A DNA stretch of 64,000 bases from an uncultured Rivularia sp. (GTDB lineage Bacteria > Cyanobacteriota > Cyanobacteriia > Cyanobacteriales > Nostocaceae), in assembly GCA_963665115.1 (NCBI GenBank), contig OY762007.1, positions 7,968,001-8,032,000 on the forward strand, written 5' to 3'. A program made the translations under genes and the position numbers. Below, piece by piece: positions 1 to 9,269 of the stretch. The first letter of the stretch is position 1; every line of letters begins with the position of its first letter. The notes under the pieces are model-generated. The model was not told where the DNA came from and made no database searches. It saw nothing but the letters and a program-made list of their open reading frames with translations.

Positions 1-203
1 GCGATAAATTAGGTAAATTAGCTTTAACAGATACGGGAATTTATCGACGGGAAATGCAGGTTTTGAGTACTTGTGTAGCCGCTGGTTATCCGGTTGCTTG
101 CGTCATCGGCGGCGGTTATGCGGATGATATGAAATCCTTGGTGTGGCGGCATTCCTTATTACATCGGGCAGCGAGTGAGGTGTTTCGGCAGTTTGGATTG
201 TAG
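1..203 (+). CDS. Histone deacetylase family protein, 3' end (partial)
   Basis: Frame from position 3 reads DKLGKLALTDTGIYRRE...ACVIGGGYADD...; the D-x-LG and GGGY motifs are typical of the HDAC family. TAG at 201-203. Confidence 0.8.
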   Translation, partial: DKLGKLALTDTGIYRREMQVLSTCVAAGYPVACVIGGGYADDMKSLVWRHSLLHRAASEVFRQFGL

Positions 204-227
204 TTATTTATAAAATTACCAGTTAAC

Positions 228-408
228 AATGTAGAGACGTAGCAGTGCTACGTCTCCCTTCTTTATGGTGATAACGCGATATTTGCTAACACAAACCTGT
301 GCTAGATAAAAAAGTATCCCGTATTTTGCTGAATGCATACTGATGATTTCAACGGTATCTATTATTAACCTAAATTAATGAGACGTAGCACTGCTACGTC
401 TCTACATT
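228..408. repeat. Inverted pair of REP-like palindromes GTAGAGACGTAGCANTGCTACGTCTC (REPIN-like)
   Basis: Copy at 231-256 and reverse-complement copy at 380-405, between convergent genes. Confidence 0.8.
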
Positions 409-431
409 TACCAAAAAAACGCGAAATGAAC

Positions 432-1073
432 CTAATAAAACTGCCGCATCACATAATCAATCGTCGCCCAAAAGGGAGCATAACTTTCTGTTTCGTCTCT
501 CTCTAAATAACCTTCAGCCAGCTGCTTAATTTCTTTCTCTGTCAAGCCTTGAGTCGCTTGCATCACCCCATCAACTACTTTTCGACGCATTTTTTTCAAC
601 TTGTTAATATCTAGCGCTAGCATTCTAATTGTAGTTTCGGCTGCTTCCTGATGTTCGGGGTTTTCTGTCGGTAAAATTTCCCCCGCACCAGTGTATCTAA
701 AGTATTTACTGCAATTGGGATCTAAAGGCGAAATCATCAATTCTTCGTCAAACCAACCACCTTTTTTATGTCCGCAATGTACGGGTTTTGTTGGTCTTTG
801 TTCGTCTTCTCCCTGACAGGATGAAATTAAATTACTGTAAGTAAAAGTTAAGTCTGTGTACTTACTTTTTGGTCGATAATGTTCAATATGACATCTTTTT
901 CTACTAATATGAATACCGCAGTAACAACAGATGTAACCTTGTTCGTAAAGTATCGATTGGTAGACATCGTTTTTAACGCTACGATTAAAGGATTTCCATT
1001 TAGTAGTTTTACCAACTTTTTTGTTGTAAGCAGTTAAGCTTTTTGGCTCCTGACCTTTTTCAATATGTTTCAT
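432..1073 (-). CDS. HNH endonuclease, PtuB/retron-associated HNH-like
   Basis: EQGYICCYCG, HIEHYRPKS, YSNLISSC and HCGHKK motifs; start overlaps the ATPase stop (ATGA). Confidence 0.8.
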   Translation of the reverse strand: MKHIEKGQEPKSLTAYNKKVGKTTKWKSFNRSVKNDVYQSILYEQGYICCYCGIHISRKRCHIEHYRPKSKYTDLTFTYSNLISSCQGEDEQRPTKPVHCGHKKGGWFDEELMISPLDPNCSKYFRYTGAGEILPTENPEHQEAAETTIRMLALDINKLKKMRRKVVDGVMQATQGLTEKEIKQLAEGYLERDETESYAPFWATIDYVMRQFY

Positions 1074-2326
1074 TTGTTGAGAATTTCCTTACGTCGAATT
1101 AATACATCCGCTCGCACAAATTCCGGCTCGTCGTTGCCAATTTCTTCGGCTAATTCTTTGCGTAATTCTTTAGCGCCTTCTAGATTTCCGTCGTCAATAA
1201 ATCTAAATAGTTGTTGCAAGCTATCTTTTATTTTTTGAGGTCTTTCGGGAACTTCCATTAAGTCTTCTAAAATGCTATTGCTGTCTCTTCCATAGGAACC
1301 TTCGGGACTCATTACAAAAAGTCCTTGTTCGTCATCTCTTTCTAAGATAAATACTCCTTCTGGATGAACATGACTGATTACTTGTGGAGAGTGAGTGGTG
1401 ATAATAAACTGACAATTAGGAAACGTTTTTTTCAACGCTGAAATAATATCTCTTTGCCATCTTGGGTGTAAATGTAATTCAATTTCATCGATTAAAACTA
1501 CACCATCACCGTGGGATGGATCTTCCAATCCAGGATTGGCGATCGCCAGTCTTCTGGCTAAGTCTCCCACCATTGCCAGCAAACATTTTTCTCCATCCGA
1601 TAGCTGATTGACATTCAGTTCTCTATCTTGTTTTTTTACAGTCATTCTTAAGGGCGAACGACGTATTCTTAAGTTAGATAAACCTGTAATTAAAGAATAA
1701 ATTGCTTGTCTGACTGCTTCTAATTGATGATCGACGAAATTAGAATCATCAAGTCTTTGTTCGTTTTCTAAATCTTCCAGCTTTCTAAACCATTGGAAGA
1801 AGCTATTAAAGTTAATTTGTACGCTGTCTAACGATTGTTCGTAAGCGCTTGCCCTATCGTTAGAATGCTTTTTACGACCTCTCAAAGGAATTTCAAGTAC
1901 GGCACGATTTACGCCATAATGAACGATAACGGGTAAATTGAATTCAGAATTATTATTTAAGTTTTCGTGAGTTTCCTCAATTAATTGACGTAGTTCGCTT
2001 AGATCGCTACCAGCAGTTTTACTACGCTTTTTTCTTTGCTTGGAAAGACACCAAGTTACCTCACTTTCACCAGTTGAAACTGTAATTTCGTTGCTAGTTT
2101 CTTCACTTCCGGTAGAAATATCCGCTTCTTGAAACAATCTTCCCGAAGTTGTGGGATACTGAACTGGTTTTGTATAGCGAGATAATAGAATCGCAATGCA
2201 TTCGAGAATACTGGATTTACCTACACCATTAATACCAATAATCACATTTGGTTCTTTCTCCTGGAATTCCAGCGTCATATCGCCGATGCCACGAAAAGAC
2301 TGCATTTCAATACGCTTGATTTTCAT
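1070..2326 (-). CDS. ABC-type ATPase, PtuA-like
   Basis: Walker A GINGVGKS, signature LSDGEK, Walker B VLIDEIELHLHP, H-loop TTHSP. Confidence 0.85.
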   Translation of the reverse strand: MKIKRIEMQSFRGIGDMTLEFQEKEPNVIIGINGVGKSSILECIAILLSRYTKPVQYPTTSGRLFQEADISTGSEETSNEITVSTGESEVTWCLSKQRKKRSKTAGSDLSELRQLIEETHENLNNNSEFNLPVIVHYGVNRAVLEIPLRGRKKHSNDRASAYEQSLDSVQINFNSFFQWFRKLEDLENEQRLDDSNFVDHQLEAVRQAIYSLITGLSNLRIRRSPLRMTVKKQDRELNVNQLSDGEKCLLAMVGDLARRLAIANPGLEDPSHGDGVVLIDEIELHLHPRWQRDIISALKKTFPNCQFIITTHSPQVISHVHPEGVFILERDDEQGLFVMSPEGSYGRDSNSILEDLMEVPERPQKIKDSLQQLFRFIDDGNLEGAKELRKELAEEIGNDEPEFVRADVLIRRKEILNK

Positions 2327-2687
2327 GCTTAGAATTAAGTTTAAATACTTAGAAATATGTACTAAAATAAATACGTAGTTATTAGTAAAGATAACCTGAA
2401 TTTATTTCTATTGGCACGACAATCGTGTTCTATAGAACCGATATAAAATTAAAAAAGTAAGTAAAATAATTTTGGTTAAGAGAAAACAATTCAATAGCTA
2501 AAAGCAGACAATAGTTTGTTATTTAGAAAACAAAAAAACACGACATCAGCTAATAGTGTATTTAAGTTACAAGTAAGCTGAAAAAACTCGAACAAATATA
2601 ATCAAGTGATAAATTAAAGCTGCAATTAATAATTTGTATCCGAATTTATACCTTATTTAAACTAGACAAGCCGTATCTTATAATTCC

Positions 2688-3758
2688 ATGTCACAAGAAA
2701 ATCAAAATATTAAGCCACCATCCTCTCCAGAAAAACTGCCATTTTGGAAATCGTTGTTAGTTAAAGCTTTACGAGGAACAATTGGATTATTAGAAAATAC
2801 AGCAGACAATTTAGAAACCGAACCCACACCCGGTAGCGAAGATAAACCAGGTTTTTTACAAAAGCTTCAGCAGATTTGGGTTGGTATATTAGAAAAAATT
2901 CGGCTTATCATACCAGTACAATTTTCAGCAAAGTTGTCAGATACAGCTTTGACAGGAATTATCGGTGGATTAGTCGTAATGGTATTTTTGATAACTTCAA
3001 ACTTCGATCGCAAACCATCAGAAGTAGCAACCCTTCCCCCAAACATAGAAATTCCGCAAATAGTATCTACTACTGAGCCAGAGTCTATAGTATCAGAAGA
3101 AGAAACAGTATCTAAGCCAGAAATTGAAACTCCAGCAGTTACAGAAAAAACTCCTTTATCAACTGAAGAAACAGTATCTGAGCCAGAAATTGAAACTCCA
3201 GCAGTTATAGAAAAAACTCCTCCTCAAGAAGAAATCGTATCAAAGCCAGAAATTGAAACTCCAGCAGTTATAGAAAAAGCTCCTTTACCAACTGAAGAAG
3301 AAGCTGCATCTGAGCCAGAAGTTGAGATTCCACCAGTTACAGAAAAAACTCCTCCTCAAGAAGAAATCGTATCAAAGCCAGATGAAACACCAGAAAAAGA
3401 AGAATTAGAAATCACACCTCCACCCATACCGCTAACACCAGAAGAAACCTTAATTGCAGCCATACAAAATCAAGTTGGCGAAATAAGCCTTAACTTAAAA
3501 GATTCAAGTTCCGAAAATCCCACTTTTGCAGAAATCATAGAATCAATTCAAGCCAATTTTTTAAACAGTAATCTTACAATTAAAATTAATAACGACTGGT
3601 ACAGCTTAGAAAAAAAGCAACAAAATAAGCTAGCTGCCGAAATCTTACAACGTTCCCAAGAACTAGATTTTACTCACCTAGAAATTACCGACTTACAAGG
3701 TAAATTAATAGCCCGCAATCCAGTAGTTGGCACCGAAATGATAATTTTTAAACGGTAA
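2688..3758 (+). CDS. Hypothetical single-TM protein with acidic Glu/Pro/Thr repeats
   Basis: 356-aa ORF; hydrophobic segment ALTGIIGGLVVMVFLI followed by about five E(E/T)xVSxPEIETPAVxEKTP repeats (~3097-3385). Confidence 0.75.
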   Translation: MSQENQNIKPPSSPEKLPFWKSLLVKALRGTIGLLENTADNLETEPTPGSEDKPGFLQKLQQIWVGILEKIRLIIPVQFSAKLSDTALTGIIGGLVVMVFLITSNFDRKPSEVATLPPNIEIPQIVSTTEPESIVSEEETVSKPEIETPAVTEKTPLSTEETVSEPEIETPAVIEKTPPQEEIVSKPEIETPAVIEKAPLPTEEEAASEPEVEIPPVTEKTPPQEEIVSKPDETPEKEELEITPPPIPLTPEETLIAAIQNQVGEISLNLKDSSSENPTFAEIIESIQANFLNSNLTIKINNDWYSLEKKQQNKLAAEILQRSQELDFTHLEITDLQGKLIARNPVVGTEMIIFKR

Positions 3759-3957
3759 TTGATAATTGATAATTGGTAATTGGTAATTGGTAATTGATAA
3801 TTGGGCATTAGGAAATAGCAAGGAAGCAAGATAGCGAACACTATATGCAAATGAATTCATAACTCCTAACTGCTAAGTTAATTTCCCCTTGTCCCCATCT
3901 CCCCATCTCCCCATCTATCTTGTTAAACTAATAATTGATCCTTTGAACTAGTAATTT

Positions 3958-4194
3958 ATGCTAAGGCGTTCTAAATTCGAGACAACTCAATCTCAAATCA
4001 TGCACCGCGCAGAAGATTTAATCAGTGCGGCTTCCAACCGTTACCGGATTACAGTTCAAGTGGCAAATCGCGCCAAACGTAGGCGTTATGAAGATTTTGA
4101 CAATACTGAAGATGTATTGATGAAGCCCGTATTACGCTCAATTATTGAAATGTCCGATGAATTAACCCAGCCTGAAATCATCGGCGAAATGTAA
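3958..4194 (+). CDS. rpoZ: RNA polymerase omega subunit
   Basis: Cyanobacterial omega motifs [19 protein letters not shown] and [20 protein letters not shown]. Confidence 0.92.
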   Translation: MLRRSKFETTQSQIMHRAEDLISAASNRYRITVQVANRAKRRRYEDFDNTEDVLMKPVLRSIIEMSDELTQPEIIGEM

Positions 4195-4529
4195 TACAGT
4201 TATCAGTGAACAGTTATCAGTTATCAATGAACAATTATCAGTTATTAACCGTTCACCGTAAGGTGTTATCGAATGGTAGGGTAAGGTTCATTACTGTTCG
4301 CTGTTGACTGCTCACTGTTAACTGTTAACCCGTTTAATGAAATTAAAATACAATTTATTTATAGGCATCATTGTAGCCAGCGCGGTTATTTTAACTTCGC
4401 CTTATCTAAACTTAGATAAAAATATAGTCGGAATTCAACCTGCTGTTGCTCAAAGAATAGCTTCATCAGATGCTTGGCGAAAAGTCTATCAACAATTGCC
4501 AGAATTTCCCTTAGAAAACAAATACGCTA

Positions 4530-5819
4530 TTGACATACTCCTCAGCCTAAAGGCGTGAGGATTCTGGATTCAATCAGCAATCGCAAAGTCGAAACCTTGA
4601 CTAACATCGCCTAGTAGACCAAGAGAAGATGCCCCTTCTCTATAAATATTTACCGCTGCTCCAATATCTCTATGCTGTTCTTTATGACATTGAGAACAGC
4701 GCCACCATCTATCTTCTAATTTTAAATCTTTATTAACATAACCACAATTATTACAAGTTTTAGAACTAGGATACCATCTGTTTACAAAACCTACATACTT
4801 TCCTTTTTTAGAAGCTACAAAGTTTAATACTTCTAGAAACGTTGCAAAAGCTAGGTCTGAAACCTTATGACCCCACAACCTTTTCATTCCTTCTATATTT
4901 AGGTCTTCAAAAAACAAATGGTCACAAGTATTGCATAACTGATGTGCTAATTTCCAAAAGAAATCACGTCTTTTATGAACTATTTTCTCATGCAATTTAG
5001 CTAAATTAACTCTAGCTTTATTCCAGTTTTTAGAACCTTTTTTCTTAGAGGATAGTTTCTTGCTTAAAGCTTTTATTAGCTTGGAAGCTTTACGCATTAA
5101 TAATGGCGCATGATATTCTTGACCCATCGAGTCAGTTAAGAACACCTTCAAACCGAAGTCAAAACCCGCGTTTTTACACGTCGCGATTCCAACTGTTTCT
5201 GGTTTAAAATCAGTTACTACATAAATGTACATATCTCCTGTTGGAGATCGTTTAACTGTTAAAGTCTTAATATGACCTTCAATGTCTCTTGATTTATGAA
5301 ACTTATATATGTATTTGCCTATTTTTATTTGATTGGAACCTAAAAACTTGTAGCCTGCTTGCTTAAGAGTGAAAGACTTATACTTTTTAGATTTACAGAA
5401 AGAAGGAGGACGTACACCACGTTTATGATATTTAAAAAATAGCTGATAAGCTTTATCCACTCTGTCACAAATGTTCTGTACCGATTGAGAACCTACTAAT
5501 TGCCAATATTCAATTCTGTTTCTTAGTTTGGCAATATGTTTCATAAGTCTAAACTTATTCAAATGTTTTTTGTACATTGAATAATATCTTTTATGAATTG
5601 CAATACAGTGATTGTAGATAGAAGCTGAGGCATTGATGCTACGCTTTAAATATCTGTTTCTTCTATTCTCGTATAGCTTAAATTTATAAGTCTTCACAAC
5701 TTCGACCTAGTTATTACTTTTAATAATGTACCCCAACATTCTTTCGCAGAAATATAAAGTTTCATATATTAAAAATATGCCGTCCTATAAGGGACGGGGC
5801 TTTAAACCCAAAATTTTCG
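4530..5819 (-). mobile_element. IS200/IS605-family tnpB-only insertion sequence, 1290 bp
   Basis: Right end on the minus strand is hairpin CCTCACGCCTTTAGGCTGAGG...TCAA. Left-end hairpin CCGTCCCTTATAGGACGG lies just 3' of target TTAC. No target duplication. Confidence 0.88.
4570..5697 (-). CDS. tnpB: RNA-guided endonuclease TnpB
   Basis: RuvC I GFDFGL, RuvC II FEDL, Zn ribbon CNNCG/CSQC, RuvC III RDIGAAVNI. Confidence 0.93.
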   Translation of the reverse strand: MKTYKFKLYENRRNRYLKRSINASASIYNHCIAIHKRYYSMYKKHLNKFRLMKHIAKLRNRIEYWQLVGSQSVQNICDRVDKAYQLFFKYHKRGVRPPSFCKSKKYKSFTLKQAGYKFLGSNQIKIGKYIYKFHKSRDIEGHIKTLTVKRSPTGDMYIYVVTDFKPETVGIATCKNAGFDFGLKVFLTDSMGQEYHAPLLMRKASKLIKALSKKLSSKKKGSKNWNKARVNLAKLHEKIVHKRRDFFWKLAHQLCNTCDHLFFEDLNIEGMKRLWGHKVSDLAFATFLEVLNFVASKKGKYVGFVNRWYPSSKTCNNCGYVNKDLKLEDRWWRCSQCHKEQHRDIGAAVNIYREGASSLGLLGDVSQGFDFAIAD

Positions 5820-6175
5820 GTAAACAGACGGGCAAAGTATCCGAAAATCAAACTTTAGCTCGTCGTCTGATACGCTATCACGTTTATCTCAAAGGGAGAG
5901 CGCCCAACACCCGCTTAGACTGGAAATTAACATTAGCCGATTACCTTGGTGCTAACGAAATAATGTATGATTCCTCATATCCAGGTGCCGACACTTTGAG
6001 AGAAAATCCCATAAATGGCGATCGCACTGCAATAAAACGTCTCAATCGCTCCCAGCGCAACACTTTAATACAAACTTTAGTTGATATATTTAATCAAGAA
6101 TAAATCGTCGTTGAGTTATTCAGGTTTCACAGGCTCGAATTTCAAAAAATTTTGAATTTTAACCTTTAACCTTCC

Positions 6176-7351
6176 CTACATCCACTTCGGTAAAGCGATT
6201 TCACAAGCTACGGGCATTTCGTTCACAACTTGCAACTGCGAATTGATAAACCGATCCATCCAGTTTTTCAAATAATCTCGATTGGCTTTTTGCTCGGAAG
6301 CTTCTTTGGTATCTGCGGGATAAGGCATCAATCCTAAAATTGCAGATGTGGTAACGCAATACATGGATTTTTGGAAACTTTTACAAATTTGTACTAGCAA
6401 GTCATCTTCTCCACGACGAGTTTGACGATAAACTTCATGCAAATATTCGGGTAAATAGTGACGCATATCGTGCATTAACAATGTAGGAGGAATTCCCGCA
6501 CCACCGATTGGTAATGGATCTGCGTACAATGCGCCATACTGAAATCTTGCTTGGTCTGGGGGGATTTGATAAGCTTGTGCGTTGTATGATACCGTACCGT
6601 GAAAAGGTGTTCCCCGAAAGAAAATTGCTTCTACATAAGGTACTGCTGTATCCATCAAAAAGGTTAAACCAACTTTTTTGGGAATTATGTCGTAAACTTC
6701 ATCCCGAATTTTCACGCTGTAGGTAATCGGGTTACTTGCATTCGCTACCAAACCCGCTTTGATATGATCTACAACATCGGCAATTGATATGATTTTCCCT
6801 TTATCGTAGAGATCCGATAAACTCATAAACGCATCGGACATAACGCGCCAAAATTGTCCTAAACCGCTGTAATAAGAGCAAACCCTTAACTGTTCAATTA
6901 AAAATTCTGGAAACAGTTGGTTAACACCCGAAACTAACGGGTTATTTTTAAATTTTGCTTTAATAACAGAAGAAGCTCTTTCTCTAAATTCTTTTGAATC
7001 TAAGTATTCATCTAATCCACCACCACCGTGCCACATCATTGATTTCATACAATATTCGGCATATTCGTAATTAATTCTGTCATGTTGCCAGTGACGCAGT
7101 AATTTATTTAAGTTGATTTCACCGTTAAAATATTTGAAAAACGGAAAGAACACTAAAAATTGATTTTCAGCAAAGTATATAAGATTGTTTGAATAAGCAT
7201 TCAAAACTACACCGTAACTGTGAAGAACACCCACAACTTCAATTAAATTTTCTGGTGTGTCGGGAAGTAACGCATCTCCACTTAATAACCGTTCAATATA
7301 TTCAGCTAAAGGATGCTTGGGAGGTATTTTTTTCGTAGTAGTTTTAACCAT
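6176..7351 (-). CDS. cupB: CO2 hydration protein CupB/ChpX
   Basis: DRINYEYAEYC and AGIPPTLLMHDMRHYLP motifs; downstream of ndhF4/ndhD4. Confidence 0.9.
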   Translation of the reverse strand: MVKTTTKKIPPKHPLAEYIERLLSGDALLPDTPENLIEVVGVLHSYGVVLNAYSNNLIYFAENQFLVFFPFFKYFNGEINLNKLLRHWQHDRINYEYAEYCMKSMMWHGGGGLDEYLDSKEFRERASSVIKAKFKNNPLVSGVNQLFPEFLIEQLRVCSYYSGLGQFWRVMSDAFMSLSDLYDKGKIISIADVVDHIKAGLVANASNPITYSVKIRDEVYDIIPKKVGLTFLMDTAVPYVEAIFFRGTPFHGTVSYNAQAYQIPPDQARFQYGALYADPLPIGGAGIPPTLLMHDMRHYLPEYLHEVYRQTRRGEDDLLVQICKSFQKSMYCVTTSAILGLMPYPADTKEASEQKANRDYLKNWMDRFINSQLQVVNEMPVACEIALPKWM

Positions 7352-7402
7352 AGCGATTTTCCTGTAATTATTTATGAATGGAGGATGCCCGAATGTTGAG
7401 AG

Positions 7403-7613
7403 AGGGGAGAGGGGGGAGAGGGGGAAGAGGGGGGAGAGGGGGAAGAGGGGGGAGAGGGGGAAGAGGGGGGAGAGGGGGGAGAAGGGGAGACAAGGAGAAT
7501 TATAGAGTTATGAGTTAGTTAATAATTTCAAGCTCTTACCTATTACCTATTACCTATTACCTATTACCCATTACCTATTACCAATGCCCCATGCCCCATC
7601 CCCAATTCCCATT
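7403..7613. repeat. Purine-rich (GAGGGGG) and heptamer (TTACCTA/CCCCATG) short tandem repeats
   Basis: Directly visible tandem units in the cupB-ndhD4 spacer. Confidence 0.85.
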
Positions 7614-7614
7614 C

Positions 7615-9099
7615 TTACTTATTAAAAGACACGTTTACAATCGGATTTTGTCCGTTCATCATGGCGTTTGTTGTAGGTTCCGTCCAACGCGCTAACCAAT
7701 TTGGTTGGATGCCGAAAATTACTATTAATACTGCTAAAACAATTGCTGGCATTCTATCAGACCAATAAACGCGGGGTAAATTAGTTGCTTGTTCAGATAA
7801 GCGTCCGAAGAAGGCTTTACTCATCAGTATCAAGAAGTATGCAGCAGTTAAACCAGTTCCAATCATAGAAATTAAAGTTTGTATGGGGAAAACTTCGTAG
7901 CTGGCGCGAAATACAACAAATTCCGAAATAAAGCCAACCATTCCCGGTATTCCCGCACTTGCCATTACTCCCAAAACCATTAAGCTGCCAATCAAAGGTA
8001 AACCCCTCTCTGGATTTAGCAATCCCTGAACAACGTCTAAATCGCGGCTACCTGCTTTTTTATATATAATCCCTACCAATAAAAATAGCAGCGCTGAAAT
8101 TAAACCGTGGCTAATCATTTGCATTACGGTACCTAATATGCTTAAAGGTGTCGCAGCCGCTGCACCTAAAAGTATGTAGCCCATATGCGCTACAGAACTG
8201 TAAGCCACCATTTTCTTCATATCTTTTTGCGCGATCGCACAAGATGCACCGTAAAGTACGCTGATTACTGCCCAAGTTGCCAGCCAAGGACTTAAATACG
8301 TCCAAGCTTCTGGTAAAAGATACATTCCAAAGCGCAGTATACCGTAAGTTCCCAGCTTCAACAGTACGCCAGCCAGCAGTACGGAAATTGGTGTGGAAGC
8401 TTCTACGTGGGCATCTGGCAGCCAGGTATGTAGGGGAACCAAAGGCATTTTGATACCGAAGCCGATTAAAATCCCTGCCAATAGCAAAATTTGTGTTGCC
8501 AAAGGTATGGAGCTTGTTTGTATGCCTTCTAAAGCAAAAGTAGACGCACCACTCAGCCAAACTAAACCCAAAAAGCTTGCTAAAACCAAAATTCCAGAAA
8601 CGGCAGTATAAATCAAAAATTTAGTTGCCGCATAACCCCGACGCTCCCCACCCCATATAGCAATCAGCAAATACAGGGGAATCAATTCTAATTCGTAAAA
8701 CAGGAAAAATAATAGTAAATCCTGCGATAAAAAAGCTCCCGTAACTCCTATGTTGAGAAGCAATAATAAAGAATAATATAAACGCGATCGCGGTATAGCC
8801 GTGTCGCTACTATAAACAGCTATTCCCGTCAGTAACGCATTTAATATCAACAAAGGCAAAGACAAACCATCAATCCCAATCTGATAATTCAAACCTAACG
8901 CATCTATCCAAGGGATGAATTCGCTAAATTGTTGATTAACTTCACCAAGATTAAACTGACTGGCTAAAACCAAAGTCCATAAAAAAGAAATTACAGCAAC
9001 AATCAAAGCCACTGTACGAGAAACTTTCGCAGTGATACCGGGGACAAACGCAATTAAAGCCGCACCTAAAAGCGGTAGCAAAATTAAGATACTAAGCAT
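7615..9099 (-). CDS. ndhD4: NDH-1 subunit D4 (CO2 uptake)
   Basis: NuoM-like: LHTWLPDAHVEAS, LLKLGTYG. Likely start MLSILILL at 9099; the longer ORF extends into repeats. Confidence 0.9.
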   Translation of the reverse strand: MLSILILLPLLGAALIAFVPGITAKVSRTVALIVAVISFLWTLVLASQFNLGEVNQQFSEFIPWIDALGLNYQIGIDGLSLPLLILNALLTGIAVYSSDTAIPRSRLYYSLLLLLNIGVTGAFLSQDLLLFFLFYELELIPLYLLIAIWGGERRGYAATKFLIYTAVSGILVLASFLGLVWLSGASTFALEGIQTSSIPLATQILLLAGILIGFGIKMPLVPLHTWLPDAHVEASTPISVLLAGVLLKLGTYGILRFGMYLLPEAWTYLSPWLATWAVISVLYGASCAIAQKDMKKMVAYSSVAHMGYILLGAAAATPLSILGTVMQMISHGLISALLFLLVGIIYKKAGSRDLDVVQGLLNPERGLPLIGSLMVLGVMASAGIPGMVGFISEFVVFRASYEVFPIQTLISMIGTGLTAAYFLILMSKAFFGRLSEQATNLPRVYWSDRMPAIVLAVLIVIFGIQPNWLARWTEPTTNAMMNGQNPIVNVSFNK

Positions 9100-9269
9100 G
9101 GGGAATATGAAGGATGGGGAGAGGGGGTGGAGGGGGTAGATGGGGCAGAGGGGGGAGACAAGGGGAGGAGGAGACAAGGGGACAAGGGAATAAGGCAAAT
9201 TAGTTCCTAACTCGCTACTTACTACTTGCTACTCACTACTCTTAACTCCCAACTCCTAACTTTTTCAAT

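Larger units (their letters stand above)
4337..6103 (+). pseudogene. Secreted hypothetical protein gene (158 aa restored) interrupted by an IS200/IS605 element
   Basis: Joining 4337-4529 to 5820-6103 gives an open frame ...FPLENKYA-S-KQTGKVSENQTLARRL...; N-terminus is signal-peptide-like. Confidence 0.85.

Noticed and set aside
432..2687. Type I-A retron
   Set aside because: No reverse transcriptase and no convincing msr-msd inverted repeats upstream of the ATPase.
5726..6103. 125-aa ORF as an independent gene
   Set aside because: Its first ~31 codons are IS left-end DNA; the rest is the 3' half of the interrupted gene starting at 4337.
9100..9198. N-terminal extensions of ndhD4 (and ccmN 15159-15221)
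   Set aside because: They are translations of intergenic tandem repeats; the downstream ATGs match the family starts.
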